Origin: a virus
Taxonomy: Duplodnaviria > Caudoviricetes
Virus record (IMG/VR): IMGVR_UViG_3300020042_007512
Coordinates: 1 to 26,473 of that record
DNA: 26,473 nucleotides
Strand: one strand, 5' to 3'
The stretch's first letter is position 1. Each line of letters begins with the position of its first letter. Position numbers and translations under genes: made by a program. This document shows, one piece after another, positions 17,093-25,726 of the stretch. A model generated the notes under the pieces. The model ran no database searches. It worked only from the letters and a program-made list of their open reading frames with translations, and was not told the DNA's origin.

Positions 17093-17102
17093 ATTTATTA
17101 AA

Positions 17103-17136
17103 TTTATTTAAAAACAATATTATTTAATTGTTGTTA
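17103..17136 (-). promoter_or_regulatory. Phage late-promoter motif, copy 2
   Basis: TAACAA-N14-TGTTTTTAAATAAA, 10 nt before ATG 17092. Confidence 0.75.
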
Positions 17137-17143
17137 TATTTTA

Positions 17144-17494
17144 TTAAAAATTTTCAGTTTGTTTTAAAACTGTGTTAAGTACTCCAAGTGTATTTCTTGC
17201 TTGTTCAACTTCTTTAATACTATTTACATCAATACCTAAATCTTTTGCAGTACTAATAAAATCATTTAAAAATTTTTCTCCTCCATTTAAAAGTGCTTTT
17301 GAATCAGCGTTTAAAGTTTTAGATTCTTTTTGTAGAGCAGTTTTTTTATTTATAAATTCTACCCCTCTATCATAAATAGATTTTCCATCTGTAATAACTC
17401 TTTTTAAGTTATCTAATAAAGCTAATTCTACTTTATGCGTTCCTAATTCAGTTTTGAATAGTTTAGTGAACATTTTTTTTTCTTGTGAAGTCAT
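17144..17494 (-). CDS. Helical hypothetical protein, candidate internal head protein
   Basis: 116 aa in the head module; N-terminal KTELGTHKVELA. Confidence 0.7.
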   Translation of the reverse strand: MTSQEKKMFTKLFKTELGTHKVELALLDNLKRVITDGKSIYDRGVEFINKKTALQKESKTLNADSKALLNGGEKFLNDFISTAKDLGIDVNSIKEVEQARNTLGVLNTVLKQTENF

Positions 17495-17512
17495 TGTTTA
17501 TTTATTTAATTG

Positions 17513-17707
17513 TTATCCGTTTACTCTTGTTATTGTTCTTACTCCGCTTACTTCTGTAATAGTTACACTATCTACTCCGCTTGTTTTACCTACTGCTTGT
17601 TGTCTTAATTCACCTTTACAACATTCTTTGCTGTATGTATCATCATCACACAAACAACCTTTTTTGCCACCTATTGGACTTGTTTTACTTTTTGTTTTCT
17701 GACTCAT
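17513..17707 (-). CDS. Small Cys-rich hypothetical protein
   Basis: GCLC...YS..CC.G motif; ATG 17707 (MSQKTK) preferred over the track start. Confidence 0.7.
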   Translation of the reverse strand: MSQKTKSKTSPIGGKKGCLCDDDTYSKECCKGELRQQAVGKTSGVDSVTITEVSGVRTITRVNG

Positions 17708-18287
17708 TGATAAGTTTTTTAATTTGATTAATAATTTCATCTTTTTTATTTTGTGTACTCAACTGCTTTTTTTCTTCTAATTTATCTGCAAAATATCCTT
17801 CTAAACTAAAACCTTTTACTTTACCTGTTTTAACATAGTCATTCCAAATACCATCATCCTCAACTTTAACAGAAGCCATCCAAGTACCTACAGGCACACT
17901 TAAATTGTAAATAGCACTTTTGTCTTTTGCCATATCTTCAACAATCCAACTTTCAACTACGGTTAAACCTTTAATTTCTTTTCCGTGTTCTAAAGTCCAA
18001 TTGTTTTGATTACCATTTTGAAAAAATAATTGGCTTGCTTTGTTTACAGTATCTTTTGAAAAGTAAATATAATATTCATCTTCTCCGTTGCGTCTGTAAA
18101 TTGGCTTTTCAGGAATTAAAACCGCACCCATTAAAATACGTTTTTCAGTATCTACTTGTGCAAGTTTAATTTCTTCAGCTTTTAACGCTACGAAATTAGA
18201 CTCAATAGCAGGAGTTTCTACAACTGAAATTGCATCTACACCACTTAAAACATCTTTATCGTCTATTATTAATTCTATCAGGTTCAT
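17685..18287 (-). CDS. Prohead protease, XkdF-like (Peptidase_S78_2)
   Basis: GAVLIP, TLEHG, VVESWIV, GTWM, KGFSLEG motifs. Confidence 0.88.
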   Translation of the reverse strand: MNLIELIIDDKDVLSGVDAISVVETPAIESNFVALKAEEIKLAQVDTEKRILMGAVLIPEKPIYRRNGEDEYYIYFSKDTVNKASQLFFQNGNQNNWTLEHGKEIKGLTVVESWIVEDMAKDKSAIYNLSVPVGTWMASVKVEDDGIWNDYVKTGKVKGFSLEGYFADKLEEKKQLSTQNKKDEIINQIKKLINESENKK

Positions 18288-18292
18288 ATTAT

Positions 18293-18326
18293 TTTATTTA
18301 AAAACATTAATTTCTCTATTTTGTTA
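18293..18326 (-). promoter_or_regulatory. Phage late-promoter motif, copy 3
   Basis: TAACAA-N14-TGTTTTTAAATAAA, 5 nt before ATG 18287. Confidence 0.75.
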
Positions 18327-18330
18327 TTTT

Positions 18331-20397
18331 TTATCCTATACTTGCGTTGCTAATTATATTTCTATCTAACGCTTGTTGACTTGTAACTTGGTTTGCAACT
18401 ACAAACGCTTGTATTGGTTGTTGGTTACCTAAAGTACTTGCTAATTGATTAATTCCTGTATTACCTACAACGTTAAACTGTGGTGCAGCAGGCATAGATG
18501 GTGCAGCACCACCGCCACCGCCACCAACACTACCACCACCGCCACCGCCAGAAGCAGAAGCTGATTTCATTTTAGCAATTTGTAAAGCACTAAACACTCC
18601 AGCTAAACCTGCTTGAACAATAGGGTAGGCAGGGAATAAAGCAGTAATAGGTGATTTTTGTGCAGTTGTATATGCGTTTTGCACACCTTGAATACCACTT
18701 ATAATAGTTTGTGCTATTGCTGCTGCCTTTCCTATTTTAGAACCTTTACCTGCAACTTCTTGAAGTAAATTTAAACCTTGATTTGCAAAATCTGCTTTAG
18801 CATTGAATAATTGATTTTCTTTTTCAATTTCTTCATCTTTTAATTTCTTTCTGTCATCAGAATATTTCTTTTCAATAACAGCACGTTGTTCTTCGCTTAA
18901 TGCTTTATCTTCTAATAATATTCGCTCTTGTTCGTTTAATGCTGTTCTCCTTGCTTCAAATGCTAACAGTTCATTATCAATTATTATTTGTTGTTGTTCT
19001 ACTTTTTTATTTCTTTTTTCTTCTTCTATTGCATCTTCTGCTAATATAATTGCTTGGTCTATTTCTTGCTTCTTTAAAGCAAATTCATTTTCTGCGTCTA
19101 CTCTTGCTTGAGTTCCTGCATTAGCACCATCAATTACACTTTGTAAACGCTCTAACTCAATTATTTTATTTTGTTCTAAAGCATTCTTTTTAGCTTGTAA
19201 TTGTGCTTCTTCATTTTTAATACGTTCAGCATTAAAGTTAGCTTCATTAATTGCTAAAGTAGTTTCTGCTTCTTGTTTAGTTTTAGTTAAATCTATTAAC
19301 TCTTTATTTAATGCTAAATCATTTGCTTTTTGTTCAGAACGTAAACCCTCAACTTGTGCTAAAACTCCCTCACGGTTTGCTAAAGCATTTGTTAAAGCAA
19401 CTTGATTTTCAATATTATTATTTTGTGAAAGTGTAGATTGTGCTGCTGCTATTTGTGCTGCTGCTTGTGCTAACATAGCAGATTGCTGATTTTCTAAAAC
19501 ATCTTTTAATTGATTATTAGCTTTTATTCTATCTTCAACACTATTACGTTCTTCATCTCTAACTTGTCTTAATTTTTCTGCTTGTCTATCGTATTGCTCA
19601 ACTAAACGTGCTTGATTTGCTTCTGCTAATTTTGCTGTGTTTTGTAAATTAACATTTGCCTTTGCTTGTTCGTATGCACTTGCAATAGATATTTTACTAA
19701 CCCCATCAATAGTACCCTCTACAACTGCGCCTACTTCACTAATTGCTTTTCCAATATTATTACCTACTTGCTTACCAGCTTCTACTGCATCAGTTCCTAC
19801 TTTCTTTAAACTTGCTTTTGTTTCATCTATTCGCTCTGTAAGTTTCTTAATTGTCTTTGCATCTTTGTCGCCAAAAATACTTTCCTCAAAAGCTAAACGT
19901 ACTTCATCAATAACTAATTTAATTCCAAAGAATGCAGCTTTTAATGGTGTTAAACCTAACTTTAACAAACCACCTATTACAGCACTTAAACCCTCAAACC
20001 CTTTACTTGCACTGCCTACTTTTTCAACAACAGAAACTACTACGTTTGTAATTTGACTAAATACATTTGAAACAGTACCTAATACTACACTAAATAAATC
20101 TGCTACTTTTTGATTGCTTGTAAAAATTTCTTTTAGCGTTGTCATTAAACTAATAACTAAACCAATACCCATAGCTTTTAATGCTACACCTGTTGCTTTA
20201 AAACCCTCGCTTAATGATTTTGTGCTTTTCTCTGTTTCCTTAACATTTTTATCAATATTATCTAAAGACTTTTTACCTGTCTTTGCAAAATCTTCTACAG
20301 AATTTTCTAACCTTACAACCGATTTGTTTAAGTCATTAATATCTTTTTCTGCTGCGTTAGCATTTACATCAATTTCTATTGTTTTTTTAATTGCCAT
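18331..20397 (-). CDS. Tail tape measure protein
   Basis: 688 aa, helical, A/E/K/Q-rich, with hydrophobic GIGLVI segments and a Gly-rich linker near the C-terminus. Confidence 0.82.
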   Translation of the reverse strand: MAIKKTIEIDVNANAAEKDINDLNKSVVRLENSVEDFAKTGKKSLDNIDKNVKETEKSTKSLSEGFKATGVALKAMGIGLVISLMTTLKEIFTSNQKVADLFSVVLGTVSNVFSQITNVVVSVVEKVGSASKGFEGLSAVIGGLLKLGLTPLKAAFFGIKLVIDEVRLAFEESIFGDKDAKTIKKLTERIDETKASLKKVGTDAVEAGKQVGNNIGKAISEVGAVVEGTIDGVSKISIASAYEQAKANVNLQNTAKLAEANQARLVEQYDRQAEKLRQVRDEERNSVEDRIKANNQLKDVLENQQSAMLAQAAAQIAAAQSTLSQNNNIENQVALTNALANREGVLAQVEGLRSEQKANDLALNKELIDLTKTKQEAETTLAINEANFNAERIKNEEAQLQAKKNALEQNKIIELERLQSVIDGANAGTQARVDAENEFALKKQEIDQAIILAEDAIEEEKRNKKVEQQQIIIDNELLAFEARRTALNEQERILLEDKALSEEQRAVIEKKYSDDRKKLKDEEIEKENQLFNAKADFANQGLNLLQEVAGKGSKIGKAAAIAQTIISGIQGVQNAYTTAQKSPITALFPAYPIVQAGLAGVFSALQIAKMKSASASGGGGGGSVGGGGGGAAPSMPAAPQFNVVGNTGINQLASTLGNQQPIQAFVVANQVTSQQALDRNIISNASIG

Positions 20398-20519
20398 TTT
20401 ATTGCTCTTTTAAGTTCGGTTAGTGTATCTGGTAATCTGTATTTTCCTTTTGCAATATCTATTGCTTCGCTTGTGCCAAACTTTTGAAACTCAAGCATTT
20501 GTATTACTAATTTTAACAT
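20376..20519 (-). CDS. Hypothetical protein (47 aa)
   Basis: Not in track; MLKLVIQMLEFQKFGTSEAIDIAKGKYRLP...; fills the gap between the 770 aa gene and the tape measure. Confidence 0.65.
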   Translation of the reverse strand: MLKLVIQMLEFQKFGTSEAIDIAKGKYRLPDTLTELKRAIKWQLKKQ

Positions 20520-20520
20520 A

Positions 20521-22833
20521 TTATCTCGCTTGTCTTATTACTATTATATCTCCTAAATTACTTTGTACGCTATATATTTTTTCTGCACCTGAAGTATTTG
20601 ATTTTAAATCTAATTCTACATAGGTATCAGCATTTGTAATACTTATTATTTGCCCTGTTGGGTCGTTTAAAATACTCCAAGTTAAAGCTACTCTACCTAC
20701 TGTGTTTATTCTAAACGGTTTTGCTAAATTATCAATTTCAAATATTAATGAATTATTAAAATTTAAAGTTCTAAAATCTTGTATCAATTCAAACTTACTT
20801 TCGTAGGTGTCTAAATCGGTTGTAAAAGAATTTATAATATACCTTTTATCACGTATTACAATTCTGTCGTTTAAACGCAACGCTAATAGCTCTGAATAAG
20901 GTAAACGCATACTTACCTTAACCATTCTCGATTTTAAACTATATAAGTTATTCAAATAATCAAAATAATAATCTTTAAATAACGTATTGTTAATAGTTTG
21001 TAAGTTATAACTGCTGTACTCAATACCCCAATTTAATGTATGTATATTGGTTTGATATTTTACATCCTGCCCAAATACATTATAATTTGTAATATGATTT
21101 GTTGAAACGTTATTATTAAAATAAAAACTACAAGCTGCATTTTCGTATTGATATAAAATAATTGGTTTTGGTATGTATGGTTTAAATTCTTTATTAAGCG
21201 AATACCCTACCTGTAAATTAGTACCTGTAAATTTATTAAATGTTAAATTTTCAAATGGTAATTTAATTGTATAATCAGAACCATCGTTATTAAATTGATA
21301 ATTTAGATTACCATATTCTTTTGAAGCATTATCATAATAAGCACGGTTTAAAAAACTTTCGCTTTTCTCGTATTCAAAATTTACTTTTTTATATGGTTTA
21401 ATTCTTTCGTATTCAAAATCAGTTACACAATTTTCTGAAAAATCTTTTATTTGCCCTTGATAATACCAATTTTCTAACTGCTCTAAAGTATAATTTTGCT
21501 CATCAAAACTAAACGCTGTTAGGTTAAACATTTTTAAAATGCTGCTAAAGAAATCACTTACTTTAATATCTGGCATAAAACTTGGTAAATCTAAATTCGC
21601 TACAGAAGTACCACCACCTGTACCAGAAGTTGTAAGTGTGCTTAAAGTATTATTTGCATCATCATATTCATATATATTACTTGTAACAGAATTGCTATAA
21701 GTAACCGCTGTAGTTGTGCTTAAATAAACTTTATAAACACCACCTGTAAAAGGTAATTGAAAACTTGCAGCACCACCTGTACCTGTTACGTTAAAAAGAA
21801 AAGCATTATTAAGAAATACACTAACTACATAAGTAGTAGAAGCTGAAAATGTAAATTGATATAAACCACTTGCTACAAAAGAATATCCTGTTGGTGTGCT
21901 TGAATTTAACTCATTTAAAACGTTAGGGTTAATTACAAAGTTATCAGGGTTAATTGTTAGATAATCTTGTCCTACTGCATCAGGAGTATATTGCATTAAT
22001 ATCTTTGCACTTAATGGGTTAAATACATCTCTATTCTTTAACCATAAATACGCTTTTGTAAATCTGCTTTGTGTTAAAAAGTTACCATTAAAACTAACTC
22101 CATATTTATTTTCTATTGCATCAAATATACGTGCTATTTTTAAAGCAGGGAATAATTCGTAATAATGCATATGGTGTGCATTTTGGCTTATATCATTTAC
22201 ACCACCGCCACTATACTCCCAAACTCTATTACTTGAAATTAAAGGGAATGCTACATCGGTATCAGAAGTAGTTGTTATTTTAGTTTGTACAGCTGCACCT
22301 GTATAACTAATAGTGTAATCGTTTAACTCTGCAATATCTTTTAATTTATCCTCACCGAATTTATCACTCAAAGAAACTAAATTACCATAAAAAGTAATCT
22401 TGTAATCTTCAATACGATTATCTTTTACTGTTGCACTTTCTAACTGCCATTTACCTGTTCTAAATACTTGAGTATCTATTTCAATATATCCGTTATATCT
22501 AAAGTTTTGGTTGTAGCCATTGTCTAATGCGTTTTCGTACCAATGCCTAAATATTTCGTTATTGTTATCACTTGCAGGAATTGTGAAACTCTGACTATAA
22601 TCGGTAAATACTTTTGATATATCATTAACATTTTGTATAGAAGAAGTAATACTAATTTTTTCATCGTTAAATAACTCAATACGTCTTACGAGGTTTGTAA
22701 TCTCGCTTGTTTCATATTCTGTTTGGTCTGCTGTAATTAATGTGCTATCAATAGTTAATAAAGTACTATCTATTGTTAGCGGTTCTGTTGTAAAAACTCT
22801 TTCATCTACATATATGTATAATGCTGTTTCCAT
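20521..22833 (-). CDS. Large tail tip / baseplate hub-like structural protein
   Basis: 770 aa; DISKVFTDYSQSFTIPAS..NN.IF N-terminus, central S/T/G-rich beta insert, LNDRIVI...YIIN C-terminus; in the tail module. Confidence 0.7.
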   Translation of the reverse strand: METALYIYVDERVFTTEPLTIDSTLLTIDSTLITADQTEYETSEITNLVRRIELFNDEKISITSSIQNVNDISKVFTDYSQSFTIPASDNNNEIFRHWYENALDNGYNQNFRYNGYIEIDTQVFRTGKWQLESATVKDNRIEDYKITFYGNLVSLSDKFGEDKLKDIAELNDYTISYTGAAVQTKITTTSDTDVAFPLISSNRVWEYSGGGVNDISQNAHHMHYYELFPALKIARIFDAIENKYGVSFNGNFLTQSRFTKAYLWLKNRDVFNPLSAKILMQYTPDAVGQDYLTINPDNFVINPNVLNELNSSTPTGYSFVASGLYQFTFSASTTYVVSVFLNNAFLFNVTGTGGAASFQLPFTGGVYKVYLSTTTAVTYSNSVTSNIYEYDDANNTLSTLTTSGTGGGTSVANLDLPSFMPDIKVSDFFSSILKMFNLTAFSFDEQNYTLEQLENWYYQGQIKDFSENCVTDFEYERIKPYKKVNFEYEKSESFLNRAYYDNASKEYGNLNYQFNNDGSDYTIKLPFENLTFNKFTGTNLQVGYSLNKEFKPYIPKPIILYQYENAACSFYFNNNVSTNHITNYNVFGQDVKYQTNIHTLNWGIEYSSYNLQTINNTLFKDYYFDYLNNLYSLKSRMVKVSMRLPYSELLALRLNDRIVIRDKRYIINSFTTDLDTYESKFELIQDFRTLNFNNSLIFEIDNLAKPFRINTVGRVALTWSILNDPTGQIISITNADTYVELDLKSNTSGAEKIYSVQSNLGDIIVIRQAR

Positions 22834-23855
22834 TATATTACATCGTTTATTAAGCCATAGTTAAATTCAAACTCAATTTCGTAATTTATATTTTTATCTT
22901 TTAAATGTGTTTTATATTCAGAGCTTTGACTTTTTACTATTGCAGGTTTGTTATCTAATAGTACAACTCCACTCATTAATAAATCTTGTATTAAGTCAAA
23001 GTAGTTTTCATCTACCCAACCTGTGTTACATTTTATCTTTTGTTTACCTTGTTGGTTAAATACTCTTTTTTGCCCTTGTAATACATTATAATTTACGCTG
23101 CTTGGTAATAGGTTAAAGTCTTTAGAAGTTACATCTATGCTTTGTGAATTAGCTTTAAAAAATGTAAGATATTGCCAACCACCAAACCTATTTATAAACG
23201 TGCAAGTAATTGGTGTGTATTTAGGTTCGCATATTTGCTCAACTTTTAAATTAAATACTCTTGGCTGTGTGTAAGGTGAAAAGTCTAAATATGAATTACC
23301 AAAATATGGCAACTTCCATAAACTTGGTGCTGTATTATTAAAAAATTGGCTTTCATTACCATTACTCCAAACAATATCATTTGCTACTGTTTCTATAAAA
23401 GCGTTTATGTAATTATTTGCTGGGCTTTTGTAGTAAGTAATGTTTGTATTTACTAAAGGCAAAACTGCACTTGTATCATCGTTATTAAAGCCACCTGTAT
23501 AATCTGTGTAACCATTTAAACATACAAAAGTTTCAGAAGATAATAAAGTGTAAACTCCTAAAGTAGCTTCTTTATATCTTTTAACTACGCAATATGCCCA
23601 AGTTAAATCATTTTCTTGAGTAGGTGAAGTTACAGATACAGGTGCAATAGGTTTAATATATTCACTTGCGTAATTAGCTATGTTATAAATGTTTTCCGTT
23701 TGCGTTGGACTTGCTATTTTTTTACTTAAAGTATAAGTAGGTAAAATAGGCAAACCATTACTTTTATTATATAAGTATAATTCTACTTTGCTACCTAATT
23801 GGTTTGCTTCATTTATCAGTATAAAATACGGACTTCTAACAAATATCTTTTTCAT
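22833..23855 (-). CDS. Tail structural protein (distal-tail-like)
   Basis: 340 aa; FINRFGGWQ..F and NTGWV motifs; coupled to the hub-like gene. Confidence 0.6.
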   Translation of the reverse strand: MKKIFVRSPYFILINEANQLGSKVELYLYNKSNGLPILPTYTLSKKIASPTQTENIYNIANYASEYIKPIAPVSVTSPTQENDLTWAYCVVKRYKEATLGVYTLLSSETFVCLNGYTDYTGGFNNDDTSAVLPLVNTNITYYKSPANNYINAFIETVANDIVWSNGNESQFFNNTAPSLWKLPYFGNSYLDFSPYTQPRVFNLKVEQICEPKYTPITCTFINRFGGWQYLTFFKANSQSIDVTSKDFNLLPSSVNYNVLQGQKRVFNQQGKQKIKCNTGWVDENYFDLIQDLLMSGVVLLDNKPAIVKSQSSEYKTHLKDKNINYEIEFEFNYGLINDVI

Positions 23856-24367
23856 TACTTTTTATTTATTGTATATTGTAAAAATTGTTCTAAATCTAAA
23901 CCATAAGCTTCTACTAATTCATCAGGCAAACGCTCAAACGCTTTTTCAAATGGTTTGGTAAAAAATAAACTTGGCTTAATACCATTCTTTAATATTCCAC
24001 CTGCAATTAAATAAGCTGTACTTTTAAAACTCATAAATTTGCCACTCTCCCTATTACGAAATTGAAACCTACGTTTTGTAACCCAATCTTCAATAGGTTT
24101 TAATGGTGGTCGTTTACTTGAATAGCTAAATGGTGTATCGTATTTTTTTTTAGTTCCGCTAACTCCTTTGTCTTGAAACTCACCATAATTCTCCATTAAA
24201 AATTCTAACCTAAAACTATTTGCACTAACCTGTATTTGACTATCTAAACTATTGTAAAGATTTTTGTTTACATTCTTATTACCTTTAGTTAAATTACTTC
24301 TACTTTGTTGTATAACATACTTTGCAAAGTCGTTTAAGTATTTGCTTGTATTTTTGTTATCTAACAT
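23855..24367 (-). CDS. Neck / tail completion protein (HK97 gp10-like)
   Basis: Basic 170 aa; LYNSL, YGEFQDKGVSG, GIKPSLFFTKPF. Confidence 0.65.
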   Translation of the reverse strand: MLDNKNTSKYLNDFAKYVIQQSRSNLTKGNKNVNKNLYNSLDSQIQVSANSFRLEFLMENYGEFQDKGVSGTKKKYDTPFSYSSKRPPLKPIEDWVTKRRFQFRNRESGKFMSFKSTAYLIAGGILKNGIKPSLFFTKPFEKAFERLPDELVEAYGLDLEQFLQYTINKK

Positions 24368-24783
24368 ATAGTCATATCGTTTCTAACTAACACATCAAAC
24401 GTTAACGCCCAACCTGCTAAATCGTTTTCAAATCTCTCGGTAAAAGGTTCAAATGTAGGTGAACCTGTCAACTCAAAAAAATCAGTTCTTAAATCGCCTC
24501 TATTTAATCTATCCATTACTCTAACACCCAATGCCATTTGTGTATTCCAAACATCTACTTTGTTGCTTTCATCTTTTTGATTAAGCAAGTCCATTAAAAG
24601 TATTGTAATATTAAACTGAATTACATTACCTTGGTGCGTTGCGTTGTTAATCATTATATGTGACAAAGGGAATAGTGTACGTTTAGATAAATCTACTCCA
24701 AATATATCTCCCTCTGTAACTGTATTTACAAAAGGTTCGTCAAGTAACGCTTCTTTTATTTTATTTATTAAACTATATACCAT
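24361..24783 (-). CDS. Putative tail terminator protein
   Basis: 140 aa, acidic; FPLSHI and EPFTERFENDLAGW; size and position fit. Confidence 0.55.
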   Translation of the reverse strand: MVYSLINKIKEALLDEPFVNTVTEGDIFGVDLSKRTLFPLSHIMINNATHQGNVIQFNITILLMDLLNQKDESNKVDVWNTQMALGVRVMDRLNRGDLRTDFFELTGSPTFEPFTERFENDLAGWALTFDVLVRNDMTIC

Positions 24784-25034
24784 TACGTTTTAAATTTTTT
24801 ATTTCTATTTCTGTTTTTTCTTTTTCAAATACTAACCACGTCATTAATTGAGTGATGGGAAGTTTGGTAACTGCAGCAAATCGTAAAATGTCGCCTTGAG
24901 CTGCTCCGTAGATTGACTGATACCAACCCCATTTTTTTCCAAAAGCTTCTTCGCTTCCGCCGATTGTTCCACTTCGCTGTGTATAAAGTCCATCAAACCG
25001 CTCACGCAATCGTTCGTTAAAGTCGAAAAAAAAA
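24773..25034 (-). CDS. -1 frameshift extension of the tail assembly chaperone (gpGT-like)
   Basis: Frame entered at the slippery T9 run; FFFDFNERLRERF...KKWGWYQSIYGAAQGDI; its stop overlaps the next gene start. Confidence 0.75.
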
Positions 25035-25515
25035 CCAAGCAACCTAAAACTACATCTAAAGGCATATATTGTAGAAACTCTGCGTACACTTCTGATGATT
25101 GATATTCTTCTATTGTATATAAATCTTTAACTTTTGTTTTTATTGGTCTAAAAAGCACCGCCATTGCTTTGTGGTACGTTGCTACATCACTTAAATAGTT
25201 TTCCAAATCAATATACTCACCAGAAGTCATATCTTCTAACTTTGGAATAAACCCAAATTCGTATTCGCCTAACTTAAATGTTCTTATAAGTTTTGGCTTT
25301 TGACTTAACAGCTTACCTAAATGCTCTAATAAATTATCAGTATCAGCTAATCTAATACGTGCTACATCTTTTAAATCTATATTGCAAAATATCTCAATAG
25401 TCTTTTGGTTAACAAATTCACTCGCCTCGTTATCCTTAACTAACTTATCAAACTTTTGATATTGCTTAAGGTGAATTTCGTTTAGTGTTTCTGGTATGTT
25501 AATATCTATTTTCAT
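24844..25515 (-). CDS. Tail assembly chaperone (gpG-like), 0-frame product
   Basis: Contains G GTT TTT TTT TCG slippery site; ATG 25515 preferred because it keeps the 5-nt spacing from the late-promoter motif. Confidence 0.72.
   Translation of the reverse strand: MKIDINIPETLNEIHLKQYQKFDKLVKDNEASEFVNQKTIEIFCNIDLKDVARIRLADTDNLLEHLGKLLSQKPKLIRTFKLGEYEFGFIPKLEDMTSGEYIDLENYLSDVATYHKAMAVLFRPIKTKVKDLYTIEEYQSSEVYAEFLQYMPLDVVLGCLVFFSTLTNDCVSGLMDFIHSEVEQSAEAKKLLEKNGVGISQSTEQLKATFYDLLQLPNFPSLN
25026..25036 (-). other. Programmed -1 ribosomal frameshift slippery site (GGTTTTTTTTT)
   Basis: T TTT TTT fits the X XXY YYZ pattern in the 0 frame; the -1 frame is open for 84 codons. Confidence 0.75.
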
Positions 25516-25520
25516 ATTCA

Positions 25521-25552
25521 TTTATTTAAAAACATTAAAAGTTAATTTTTGT
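25521..25552 (-). promoter_or_regulatory. Phage late-promoter motif, copy 4
   Basis: ACAA-N14-TGTTTTTAAATAAA, 5 nt before ATG 25515. Confidence 0.75.
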
Positions 25553-25567
25553 ATAAAGTAAAAACAA

Positions 25568-25726
25568 CTAAATTTGATTAGTTGCTATTTTGTATGCGTG
25601 TATAAGTTTTTTTATTTCTCCTACGTTATTTGGTAAGTTAATCTTAACCTGCTTACCTGTTTTTTTTAATATGTGTACTTCTACCATATAAATCATTTCG
25701 CCATACGTTGGTTGGTTAGTATACAT
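25568..25726 (-). CDS. Hypothetical protein (52 aa)
   Basis: Not in track; MYTNQPTYGEMIYMVEVHILKKTGKQVKI...; overlaps the terminase stop. Confidence 0.65.
   Translation of the reverse strand: MYTNQPTYGEMIYMVEVHILKKTGKQVKINLPNNVGEIKKLIHAYKIATNQI

Noticed and set aside
18508-18550. GC-rich CCACCG-type repeats as a DNA-level repeat element
   Set aside because: Explained by the poly-Gly linker of the tape measure protein
19637-20623. Plus-strand ORFs 19637..20056, 20114..20413 and 20423..20623
   Set aside because: Antisense to the tape measure, 47 aa and hub genes; no supporting promoter or start context
24773-25042. 89 aa ORF as an independently initiated gene from TTG 25042
   Set aside because: Poor start context; its position at the slippery run is better explained by a -1 frameshift
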